A stretch of DNA of 64,000 bases from Sphyrna mokarran. Lineage: Eukaryota. The position numbers and the translations under genes are program-made. The notes under the pieces were generated by a model. It ran no database searches. It was not told where the DNA came from and was given only the letters and a program-made list of their open reading frames with translations. Location: assembly GCA_024679065.1 (NCBI GenBank), contig JAGIQG010000019.1, positions 15,996,001-16,060,000 on the forward strand, read 5' to 3'. Each line of letters opens with the position of its first letter. The stretch's first letter is position 1. Shown piece after piece: positions 1 through 12,700 of the stretch.

Positions 1-29
1 TCTTGTTTCAAATTTGCTCCACTCCTTAG

Positions 30-796
30 GGCCAACAGCAATGACTCCATCAGGTATACCAATTGTTCCTGAGACGGCAATTACTGGTGAGTAGATCTCC
101 TTACATATTATAATTTGATATTAAGGTTGAGCAATTTGTAATTTAATACTCTGCAGCATTTTTTTTTTGTTAACTTGGACCAGCAGCAACTAGGGTGACA
201 GTAAATCCCATTGTTTCTGAAACTGCGAGTATTGAAGGGTGTATTCATTCGTATTGTGACAATAATATTTCAAGAACTTTGAATAATTAGCTTTTACAAG
301 CAAACAACATTTGAAACTTGTGAAATTTAACATTGTGTTGCTGAGAGCAGGTTCAACAATATTGTTGTTCCTTCAGGCAACATGCTGAGGAACTGTTCTG
401 AAGGGAAATCTCAAAATTTGAGTGAGGGAATTATTGTTGATATGCGAGATAGTTTATGGGTCATGTTTGATTCTTACTGAAGTGCAAGGAATTTCTGATT
501 GAATTTGACTTAAATAATGATGCCTATAATTAAACATTTACTGGGAAATGAATTACAGTAGTAGTGAATGAATACTTTGTCCAAATTTCTGTGCTATTCA
601 GGGCCAACAACTACTGCAGGAACAGGAGGATCGACAACTTCAGAGACCACTGTCAGTGGTGAGTTTGGGTTTTATTGTATTCACACATCAAATTAATTTA
701 TGTGCTTCTGGACCAATCTTGTTTCATTTTATCTCTGCTCTGTAGGGCCAATGACTGTGATAGGTACACTTCCTGTTTCTGAGAGTAGAATTACTG
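30..796 (+). CDS. Exons B 30-86, C 602-658, D 746-796 (51 nt)
   Basis: GPTAMTPSGIPIVPETAIT / GPTTTAGTGGSTTSETTVS / GPMTVIGTLPVSESRIT; AG/GT intact. Confidence 0.85.
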
Positions 797-3700
797 GTGG
801 GCAGAGCTTCTTCATGCAAGAAGATGTTGTTAATTTACTGCTATTTGTGATTTTAAAATCTTCCATATGTCTGCGTTCACATTGGACCAACACCAGCTGC
901 AGGGCAATCGCTCACATTGTTTCCGACACTGGGAATCACAATGAGTGAATGTATTCTCAATGTCATACGATGTTTGTGGTGCCAAGTTGTTGCAGCGAAA
1001 AGACATGTTGTTGTGCACCATTGCAATTCACTATATTTTCAGTCCGTTCTGATGGAAGGATTTGAATGTGTACCAGTTGAGTTGTTCCATTTTGCTTTAG
1101 GTGAGCATCATCTCGTTTGAATGTGCTTGTTTCTGCTTTATTCTGATTATAGTTTCTGATGGGAAAATGGACAGCAGATAAGAATTAATGATTGCTTTAT
1201 TTCAGTTTTTGTACACATTTCCTTCTCATGCATGTTGGTGTTTTACATGTCTCACTGCTATTGATGCATATTCATGTTGACATTGACAGAGCTTTTCATT
1301 GAAGGAAAATTGGAATATTAAGTGCTACCTGATAAAGCAGCTGATATCTTGAATTTTCAACGATAATGTTTGGAGGAGGACAGCTTTATTGAATATAATT
1401 ATTGATTGTAATGTGGACTGTGTCCTTGAAGTCCGCTTGAGAATAGAAATGGCAGTATTTATGAATTTAAAAAGATAGTAATAAGGTAGATTGTCCAAAT
1501 TTTAATGAACAGTAGTAGACCTTGGTTTTGACATTCTGCATTGCTGTTTTGGAAGTGTATATTGAAATTTAAAATTTGACATATTTGCATTTGCATTTTG
1601 AAGAGCTAGGATTTTCATGCTGCTGATTTCTGATCACTAAATGCATTTATTCACATAAATGATGATAAATGAGGCAACAGGCGATTTGAGATGTTCAACA
1701 ATGTATGGTTTGTCTGCGATCAAAAGGCCAAATGGAAAGTATCGCATTTGTTGACTTGCAGGATGACAGAGTCTTTTGTTTTGGCAGCATATTTTGATTT
1801 GGCAAAATTTTTGAATGACATACTCTATTCTTTGGGAAATAAACAATTTAGTCAGATGTAAAATTTAAATTTTACTGGCAAGTAACATGCAAATCATTTT
1901 GAGATAATTTAATGCTACAAAAATTTCTGACTCCATGTTGAATTTTTTTGTCATTGCCTGAAAAGCAGCTGGTTTTTGAGGGCAACTTGGTTGAGGAACT
2001 GTTTTGAATAGTAAGCGCTGCAATTGTAGAAGGCAATGATTAACTTTGTAGCTTGTGAATGGATATTTTCCTTTTTCTGTTTCACAATGCAGAACCATTT
2101 GTCACTTGAGGCTTTGACAGAAATAATGATGCTAAGATGTTAAAAAAATCTTGGGAAACAATTGCAGCAGTAATGAGAAAGTATATTGTACAAATTCTGC
2201 TTTTCTTTAGGGCTGACACCAATCACAGCAACTGGAAAACCTACAACTTCAGAGACTACCATCACTGGTGAGTATTATTTTTGGCATCGTAGTCACCTGA
2301 AATTAATTTATTTGATGAAGTTTCAAATTTGCTCAACTACTTAGGGCCAACAGCAATGACTCCATCAAGTGTACCAACTGTTCCCAAGACAGCAATTACT
2401 GGTGAGTAGATTTCCTTATGTGTTATAACCTGATATTCATGTTGGGGAATTAGTAACTTAATACTCTGCAGCATTTTCTCTGTTACCTTGAACTAGCATC
2501 AGCTCCGATGATAGCAACTCCCTTTATTTCTGAAACTGGGAATAATGATGGGAGTATTCGTTCACAATATTCCAGATTCTGAAACATTTTTGTAACAATT
2601 AAATTTCGTAAGCAAACACCATTTTAAATTTGAGAAATTTAATATTGTGTTGCTGAAAGCAGGTGAATATTGTTATTTCTTTAGGCAATATAGGTGAGGA
2701 ACTATTCTGAAGGGAAACCTCAGAATTTGAGTGAGGGAATTATTGCTGATCCACAATTATGGTTCATGTTTGATCCTTACTGAGGTGCAAGCAATTCCAG
2801 GTTAAGAATTTGACTAAGATCATGATGCTTATAACTAAACATTTCCTTGGAAATGAATTGCAGTATAGTGAATAAATACTCTGTCTAAATTTCTGTGCTG
2901 TTTAGTGATATCAATAACTGCAGGAACTGGAGGGCCAACCACTTCAGAGACCACTGTCAGTGGTGAGTTTCAGTTTTGTTGTACTCAGCACAGGAAATGA
3001 ATTTGCATGCTTTGTGAACTAATATTGTTTATTATTATCTCTACTCCCTAGGGCCAATGGCAATGACAGTGACAGGTACATTTCCTGTTTCTGAGAGCAG
3101 AACTACTGGTGAGCAGAGCTTCTTTCATATTATAACCTCCTATTAATTTTGTGCTAATTGTGATTTTTAATTCTACTACAAGTCTGATGATTTTTTTTAA
3201 CCTTTAAAACTGAGTTATCATCAGGAAACAACATCTCAAACTGTGAAGAAACTGACTGACAGCATGTCAATTATATTGTTATTCCTGCAGGCAACATGTC
3301 TGAGGAACTGTTCTGAAGGAACTTTTCAGAATTTGTTTCTTACTAAGGTGCAAGCAATTCCTTGTTGAGAATTTGACTAAGGGCCTGATTTTACCATTTT
3401 GATTCTAAGCGCTGAATCTGAGAGTGTTCCAAATTTGACTTGTTAACCTGTTCTCAGGCACCCTAGACAGTGATCTGACCCACCTCCCTCCTTCCCCACT
3501 ACCAGTGAGTGATCTGATCTGTCTCCCTGCTACCAGAAATCCATCTGACCTGCCTGCCTTGTCTTCTGCCCACTAGAGATTCATCTGATCCATTTCCCTC
3601 CTTCCCCTCCACCAGAGAGCATTCTGATTTGCCTCCCTTCTCCCCTCCCGTCTGCCTCCGCAACTGCCGATCTCAGTTAGGGAGCTGCTGGAAGTTCTGA

Positions 3701-6700
3701 ACTTACCTCTTCAAAAGCTGGAGTGCCCGAAACAGATCTTTGCAGACAATGTCTGTTTCATGCTGAATCTGGATAGCTGGATATGATGATAAAGGGGGAA
3801 ATGCCAGTAAGTTTGGACATCCAACCCATTAAGTCAATGCATTTCAATTGATGTTGCGCCTGTTTTGGGCACAGTGCCGATTGTGGTCATTTTAGGCACT
3901 TGGCAAAGGGGAAACAGGCATGGATGTGGTCACTGATCAAGGTTCTCACCTCACATCTGAATTTACCAAGTTCCCATGCCTGAAAATGGGTGCAACTTGT
4001 TTGTAAAATTAGCCCATGAGGATGCTGATATTGAACATTTCCTTGGAAATGAATTGAAGTAAAAGTGAATAAATACTCTATCACTTTTTGTGCTGTTTAG
4101 GGCCAACAATAATTGCAGGAACTGGAGGACCAACAACTTCAGAGACGACTGTCAGTGGTGAGTTTTGGTTTTATTGTAATTGCCACATCAAATTAATTTG
4201 TGTGTTTTGTGGACTAATGTTGTTTCATATTATCTCTGCTCTCTAGGGCCAATGGCAATGACTGTAACAGGTACACTTCCTGTTTCTGCGAGCAGAATTA
4301 CTGGTGAGCAAAGCTTCTTTCATGTTATAAGCTGCTGTTAGTTTTGTGCTATTTGTGATTTTTAACTCTGGTAGAGTTCTGCAGTTATACTAGACCTGCA
4401 CCAGGTAGCAGGGTAGTCACTATGAAAGTTGCTGAAACTTTGATTAACAATGACTGAATGTATTCCGAGTGCCATATGATGTTTGCCATGCCAAGGTGTA
4501 TACTTTAATGAACACTGGTAGATCCTGGTTTTGACATTCTGCAGTTCTGTTTCGGAAGCGTAAATATATAAAATTTAACGTATTTTTATCTGCATTTTGA
4601 TGAGCTAGGATTTTGGTGCTGTTGATTTTAGATCGTTAAATTCATTTATTTGTATGAATGATGACTGGTAAAGCATCAGGGAAACTTAAGATATACAGTA
4701 ATGCACTGTTAATCTGTGACCGAAAAGTCGAACGGAAAGCACTTCATTTATTGTTCTTGCAGAATGACACAGTCTTTTATTTTGATTCGGCAGTATGATA
4801 TACCTTGCTGGTGATACTGAGATACAGACAGACATGATTATTTCTTCCAACAGAATAAATTCAAAACAATAATTTCAATTCCGTAATGAATTCCTGATCG
4901 GAAATGTAGTTGTTCAGTGGGATTTTTGAATGATACCTTTATTCTATGAAAACAAATGAGTTAGTCAGCTTTAAAATTTAACTTTTACTGGCAAATAACA
5001 ACCAATTCATTTTGAGAAAGTTTAATGCCGCATTTGCCGACTCCATGTTGAATTTTTTTGTAATTTCCTGAACAGTAGCTGGTTTTTGAAGGCAATTTAT
5101 TCGAGGAACTGTTCTAAATGGTGAGCGCTGCAAGTGTGGAAGGGAATGATTAATTTTATAGATGCGTTTGGCTATCTTTTTCCTTCGCAATGTGGAACCA
5201 TTTGCCACTTGAGACTTGAATTGCATAATGATGCTAAGATAAATAAAATATTTTGGGAAGCAATTTTAGTGGTAATGAATAAATATTCTGTACAAATTCT
5301 ACTTCTCTTTAGGATCGACACCAATCCCAGGAACTGGAAGACCTACGACTTCAGAGACTACCATCAGTGGTGAGTGTTGTTTTTATCATCCTTGTCACCT
5401 GAAATTAATACATTTCATTGGTAGATTAATATTGTTAAATTTTTGTTCCACTACATAGGTCCAACAGCAATGACTCCATCAGGCGTCCCAACTGTTCCTG
5501 AGACAGCAATTACTGGTGAGTAGATCTCCTTACATATTATGACCTGATATTCATGTTGAACAATCTGTAATTAATACTGTGCAGCATTTTTTCTGTTACA
5601 TTGGACCAGCAGCAACTAGCATGATAGTATCTCCCATTGTTTCTGAAACAAAGAATAATGAGGGGAGCATTCATTCACATTGTCCCAATAATATTTCAGA
5701 TCCTTGAATAATTAACTTTGGCAAGCAAACAACATTTGAAATTTGTGAAATTTAATGCTGTTTGCTGTAAGCAGTTCAATTATTTTGTTATTCCTACAGG
5801 CAATATACCTGAGGAACTGTTCTGAAGGGAAGCCTCAGAATCTGAGGGAGGGAAATTATTGCTGACATTTCAAATTACTTACGGATCTTGTTTGTTCCTC
5901 CTGAGTTGCAAGCAATTCCCAGTTCATAATTTGTCTGAGTTAATGATGCTTATAATTAAACATTTCCTTGGAAATGAATTACAATTGTAGTGAATTAATA
6001 CACTATCCAAATTTCTGTGTTGTTTAGGGCCAACAACAACTGTGGGAACTGGAGGACCAACAACTTCAGAGACCACCATCAGTGGTGAGTTTTGGTTTTA
6101 CCGTATTCACCACATCAAATTAATTTGTGTGCTTTGTGGACTAATGTTGTTTCATATTATCTCTGCTCCCTAGGGCCAATGGCAATGACTGTGACAGGCA
6201 CACTTCCTGTTTCTGAGAGCAGAATTACTGGTGAGCAGAGATTCTTCATGTTAGAAGATGCTGTTAATCTTCTGCAATTTGTGATTTTTAACTCTTTCAC
6301 ATGTCTGCATTTACATTGACCTACAAAATCTGCAGGACAGTCACTCAGATTGTTTCTGACGCTTGGGGCCCAATATTACCATTTTCATTCTGAGTGCTAA
6401 ATCTGGGTATAATGCAGATCCATCTTAGAAATCTACTTTCAGACACCCCCAAATGCACTGAAAACAATCTCTAGTCCAATTCACGCTATGGGCAGGGCTT
6501 AGTGCAGCTGAAACGATTGAAGCTCTGAACTGTGCATGCACAGAAAAAAATTTGAAAAAGCGAGCCTGTATCAGATCGCTCCCGAGCTGCAGAAAGCAGA
6601 GAAATTGGCCTGCGAGCAACAAGCGAGAGTGATGGCCCCCACAGCCATCACCTGTCCCCTTATCCAAACCTCCTCTTACCCACACACATGGCTGTTCCCC

Positions 6701-9700
6701 TTATCCATCCCCCCACTATCCCCAGCATGTCTTCTTTATTCACTCTCCCACTACCTACATACATCGCTGTCCCCCTTATCCACTACCGTATTATCCACCC
6801 ACATCACTGTCCCACCTATCTACCCCCACCCCCCCTACCGACACACATAATGGTCTTTCGTATCCATGCCTTGCACTACCACACACATCACTATCATCAT
6901 TATCCACCCTCCCACCATACAGACCGATTGCCATTCCTGACCCCCTTCCCCCCATTGCAGAGTGGCAGCGGGCCCCCAACCCCACTTTTGTGTCCCCAGC
7001 AGAGAGATTTCTACCCCCCTGCCATAGATTTATCTGTACCCGCCCAACTGAGATGCACGTTACCCATGTCTCGCTCCTCCCCCAACAACGATCTGGCCTC
7101 ACATCCACCCCTCAGAGAATTGTCTCAGCAGAGCTTTTCATTGAACGGAAATTGGAACGTTAAGTGCTGATAAATCTCTGGGGCCTGATGGCATTTATCC
7201 CAGGCTGCTTAGGGAGACGCGAGGTGAAATTGCTGGGCCTCTGATGCAAATCTTTGTCTCTTCTTTCGACACAGGAGAGGTCCCAGAAGACTGGAGAATA
7301 GCTAATGTTGTTCCGTTGTTTAAAAAGGGTAGTAGGGAATAACCCTGGAAATTATAGGCCGGTGAGTTTGAGTGGTAGGGAAGATGTTGGAGGGGATTCT
7401 TAGAGATAGGATGTATAGGCACTTAGAGCGTTGCGATCTGATAAGAGATACGCAGTATGGATTTGTTAAGGGGAGGTCATGCCTTACAAATCTGGTAGAA
7501 TTTTTTGAGGAAGTGATGAAAACAGTCGACGAAGGGTGAGCCGTTGATGTTGTCTATGTGGATTTCAGTAAGGCATTTGACAAAATCCCTTATGGGAGGT
7601 TAGTTGAAAAGGTCAAGGCTCATGGGATACAAGGGCAGGTAACTAGAAGGATAAGTAAATGGCTTAATAATAGGAGACAGAGTGTAATAGTGGAAAGGTG
7701 TTTTTCTAGCTGGAGGTCGGTCACTAGTGGTGTGCCACAGGGCTCGGTACTGGGACCTCTTCTGTTTATAATATATATAAATGACGTGGAAGAGGGAGTA
7801 AGTGGAGTGATCAGCAAGTTTGCAGACGATACAAAAATGGCTGGACTTGCGGATAGTGAGGAGCATTGTCAGGCGATGCAGCAGGACATAGATAGGTTGG
7901 TAGCTTGGGCAGACAGATGGCAGATGGAATTCAATCCTGATAAATGTGAGGTGATGCATTTCGGGAGAAAGAATGTAGTGGGGAGGTACATGATAAAGGG
8001 TAGACCTATTAAGAGTATAGAAACACAGATGGACCTGGGGGTGCAGGTGCACAAGTCTCTGAAGGTGACACAGCAGGTGGAGAAGGTTGTGAAGAAAGCA
8101 CATGGTATGTTAGCCTTTATAGGAAAGGGTATAGAGTACAAGAGCTGGCCTTTAATGTTGCAGTTGTATAAAACGTTGGTTAGACTTCATTTGGAATACT
8201 GCGTCCGGTTCTGGTTGCCTTACTACCAGAAGGACGTGGAGACTCTGGAGAGAGTGCAGAGGAGGTTTACCAGGATGCTGCCTGGTATGGAAGGTCTGAG
8301 TTACGAGGAGAGTTAGGCAAATTGGGGCTGTTTTCCTTAGTAAGACGTAGACTTAGAGGAGATCTAATAGAGGTGTACAAGATTATGAGGGGTATAGATA
8401 GAGTAAACAGGGTTAAGCTTTTTCCTAGGATGGACTCGAATAGCACAAGGGGTCACGGGCTTAGGTGAGGGGTAAGGTATAATTTGGATGCTAGAGGGAG
8501 TTTTTCACACAGAGGGTGGTGGGGGTACGGAATGCACTGCCAAGTAAAGTGGTGGAGGCAGGTATTCTGGAGTTATTTAAGAAATACTTAGATGGGCACA
8601 TGAACAGAATGGGAATGGAGGGGTATAGAAAATGGTTAAAATAGGGATCATGAGCCTGGGGGAGTCCCTGGGAAGTGTGTAAATAGATGATGATATTGAT
8701 GTACTTGTTTTTATCCTACAGGTGCTTTGGTCCACCTTGTTGCTAACAAGGTGCATACACACGATGGGTCATGAGAGGGCTGCTGTTTGATTTTTTTTCA
8801 AGAATATCCTAGTGCTTCACGTCATTAGTGTACGCTTGACCTGGACCATTTGATGGGCAACACGACAGCTCAGTGACTATCGCTGTGCTGTGCGGATACA
8901 TGGATTTGGGCCTGTGTCTGTGGGAGTTTGCGCATTCTCCCCATGCTTGCATGGGTTTTCTCCGGGTGCTCTGGTTTCCTCCCATATCCCAAAGATGTGC
9001 TCTTAGGCTAATTGGCAAAACAAATTCTCCCTAACTTGTCTCAAATTTGGTGTTTAATCCATAGATCTAAACATAGACAGGGATCACGAGTAGAGGTGGG
9101 AACTTCAGGGTGGCGGCACGAGCTCATTGGGCCGAAGGGCCTGTTTCCTGTGCTGTTTTGTTCTTTGTTCTTTGCTACCTGATAGAGTAGATGTCTTGCA
9201 TGTTCAATTATAAAGCTTGGTCAAGGACAGTGTTATTAATATGATTATTGATTATTGTGGAAGTTGTGTCTTTGAAGTCTGCTTGAGACCATGAATGGCA
9301 CAATTCATGAATTTAAAACGATAGTAGTAAGGCAGACTCCAAACTTTAATGAGTACTGGAAAATCATGGTTTTGACATTCTGCATTACTATTTTGGAAGC
9401 TTATGTTGAAATTTAAAATTTGACCTGATTGCATTTTGAAGAGTTAGGGTTTTGCTGCTATTGACTTTAGATGCTTTTATTTGAATGATATTGATAAGGC
9501 AGCAGGAGATTTAAGATGTACAATAGTGCATGGTTTGCCTGTGAGCGAAAGACCTACTGGAAAGCACCTCATTTGTTGACTTGTAGAATGACAGAGTCTT
9601 TTATTTTATTTGGCAGTGTGATAGATCTTGCTGGTAAAATTTATATGTAGACAGACAGGTATAATTATTCTACCACAGAATAAATTCAAAGCAGGAAATT

Positions 9701-12700
9701 ACATTATCATAATGATTTCCTGATCAGAGATTCTACTTGCTTAGTGGGATTTTTGGATGACACACTTTATTCTTTGGGAAATAACGATTTAGTTAGCTGT
9801 AAAATTTAATTTGAACTGACAAATAACATCCAAATCATTTTGAGAAAATTTGGTGTCTCATTTGCTGATTCCGTGTTGAATTGTTTGTAATTGCCTGAAA
9901 AGTAGTTGTATTTTGTTGACGAACTGTTCTGAATAGTAAGCACTACATTTGTGAAAGGGAATGATTAATTTTGGAGTTTGCATATGGATATTTTCCTTAT
10001 TAAGGTGGAACAATATGCCACTTGAGGCTTTGACTAATATAATGATGCGAAGATGAATAAAAAATCTTGGGAATCAATTGCAGGAGTAATGAATAAATAT
10101 TCTGTACAAATTCTGCTTTTTTAGGGCCAATGCCATTGACAGGAACTAGAAGATCTACAACTTCAGAAACTACCATCAGTGCTGAGTATTGTTTGCGCGT
10201 CCTCGTCCCCTGCAATTAATTTATTTGTTTGAGAGATTAATATGGTTTCAAAATTTGCTTGACTTCATAGGGCCAACAGCAATGACTCCATCAGGTGTAC
10301 CAACTGTTTCCGTGACAGCAATTACTGTTGAGAAGATCTCCTTACACATGAAACCTGGTATTCATTTCAAGCAATTTGTAATTTAATACTCTGCAGCATT
10401 TTTCCTGTTACCTTAGACCAGCACTGACTAGGACAATGGTAACTCCACTTGTTTCTGAAACAAGGAATAATGATGGGTGCATTCATTCACATTGTCATAA
10501 TAATATTTCAGAACCTTGAACAATTAGCTTCCACAAACAGGTCAATGTTAGTGTTATTCCTTCCTGCAACATGGCTAGGGATCTGTTCTGAAGGGAAACC
10601 TCAGAATTTGAGTGAGGGAATTATTGCTGATCTGCAAGATAGTTTATGGCTCATGTTTGTTCCTTACTGAGGTGCAAGCAATTCCTGGTTAAGAATTTGA
10701 CTAACATGATGATACTTATAATTAAACATTTCCTTGGAAATAAATTGCAGTCGTAGTGAATAAATACTCTGTCCAAATGTCTGTGCTGTTCAGGACCAAC
10801 AAGAACTATAGGAACTTGAACTGTAGAATTTGACTAAGATAATAATGCTTCTAACTACACATTTCCTTGGAAATGAATTATAGTCGTGGTGAATAAAAGC
10901 TCTGTTCAAATTTCTGTGCTGTTTAGGGCTAGTAACAGCTGCAGGAATTAGAAGACCAACCACTTCAGAGACCACCGTCAGTGGTGAGTTTTGGTTTTAT
11001 CATACCTGCCATGTTAAATTAATATGTGTGCTTCATGGACTAATGTTGTTTCATCTTATCTCTGCTCCCTAGGGCCAATGGCAATGACTGTGACAGGTAC
11101 GCTTCCTGTTTCTGAGAGCAGAATTACTGGTGAGCAGAGCTTCTTTCGTGTTGTAAGCTGCTGTTAGTGTTGTGCTATTTGTGATTTTTAATTCAACCTT
11201 ACGTCTACAGTTATGTTGGATCTGCATCACGTAGCAGACTAATCACTCAGATTGTTTCCAAAGCTGTGATTGAATGACTGAATGTATTCTCATGTTTGCA
11301 ATGCCAGGGTGTCTGAGGCAAGGGACATGTTGTTGGTGCTTCATTGCAGTTCACTGTATTTTCAGTCCATTCAAATAGACTGAAAGGGTTTGAATGTGTA
11401 CCAGTTGATTTGTTCTGTACTGCTTTCGGTAAGCAGCTTCTTGTTTGAATGTGCTTGTTTTTGCTTTGTGTCGATGGTAATATGGTGAACAGAATGATTG
11501 TTTTATTTCAGTTCTTGTTCACAGTTGCTTCTCGGTGCAGAAGCTGTAAAGACATGCATGTTGGTGTTTTTACTTGTCTCACTACTATTTGGTGCATGTT
11601 CAGATTTGCACTGTCAGCATTTTTCATTAAATAGAAATGGGAATAGTAAATGCTACTTGATAGAATAGATGTCTTGCATTATCAATTATGACATTTGAAA
11701 GAGTGTTATTGAACTTGATTATTGATCATGATGAAGGTTGTGTGACGTGTCTGTGAAGTGCTTTTGAGATCATGAATGGCAGCATTTATGATTTAAAAAA
11801 GATAGTAATAAGGCAGACTGTCCAAACTTTAATAAGCACTGGAAGATCCTGATTTTGACATCTTGCATTGCTGTTTTTGAAGCGCAGATTGAAGTTTAAA
11901 ATTTGACATTTTTATATTTGCAATTCGAAGAGCTAGGATTTTGGTGCTATTGATTTTAGGTCACTAAATCAATTTATTTGTAAGAATGATTATTGGTAAG
12001 ACATCAGCAAATTTGACAAACATAATGCATGGTTTGTCAGCAACCGAAAGGCCTACTGGAAAGTACCTCGTGTGTTGACTTGGAGAATATCATAGTCTTT
12101 TATATTGATTCAGCAGTATGGTAGACCTTGCCAGTGAAATTTATATGCAAACAAACATAATTATTCCTTCCAACAGAATAAATTCAAAGCAATAAATTTC
12201 AATATCATAAAGAATTCCTGATCGGAAGTGCCACTTGTTCAGTAGGATTTTAGAATGAGATCCTGTATTCTTTGGAAAACAAATGATTTAGTCAGCTTTA
12301 AAATTTAATCTTTCTGGCGAATAACATACAAATCATTTTGGGAAAATTTGGTGCTACATTTGCTAACTTTGTGTTGAATTTTTTCTAATTGCCTGAAAAG
12401 TAGCTGGTTTTTGCAGGCAACTTGGTTGAGAACTGTAAATGCTACCTTTGTGGAAGGGAATGATAAATTTTGTAATTTACACATGGCTATTTTCCTTTAT
12501 CCTTCGCAATATGGAACCCTTTGCCCCTTGAGGCTTTGACTCACATAATGATGCTAAGTTGAAGAAAACAACTTGCGAAACAATTGCAGAAATAATGAAT
12601 AAATATTCTGTACAAATTCCACTTTTCTATAGGTCCAACACCATTTGCCAGAACTGGAAGACTGACAACTTCAGAGATTACCATCAGTGGTGAGTATTGT

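Noticed and set aside
7558-8316. 252-aa reverse transcriptase as part of a retron, DGR or other dedicated system acting on the repeats
   Set aside because: Ordinary 5'-truncated CR1 ORF2 with stops and frameshifts, inserted in an intron with a TSD.
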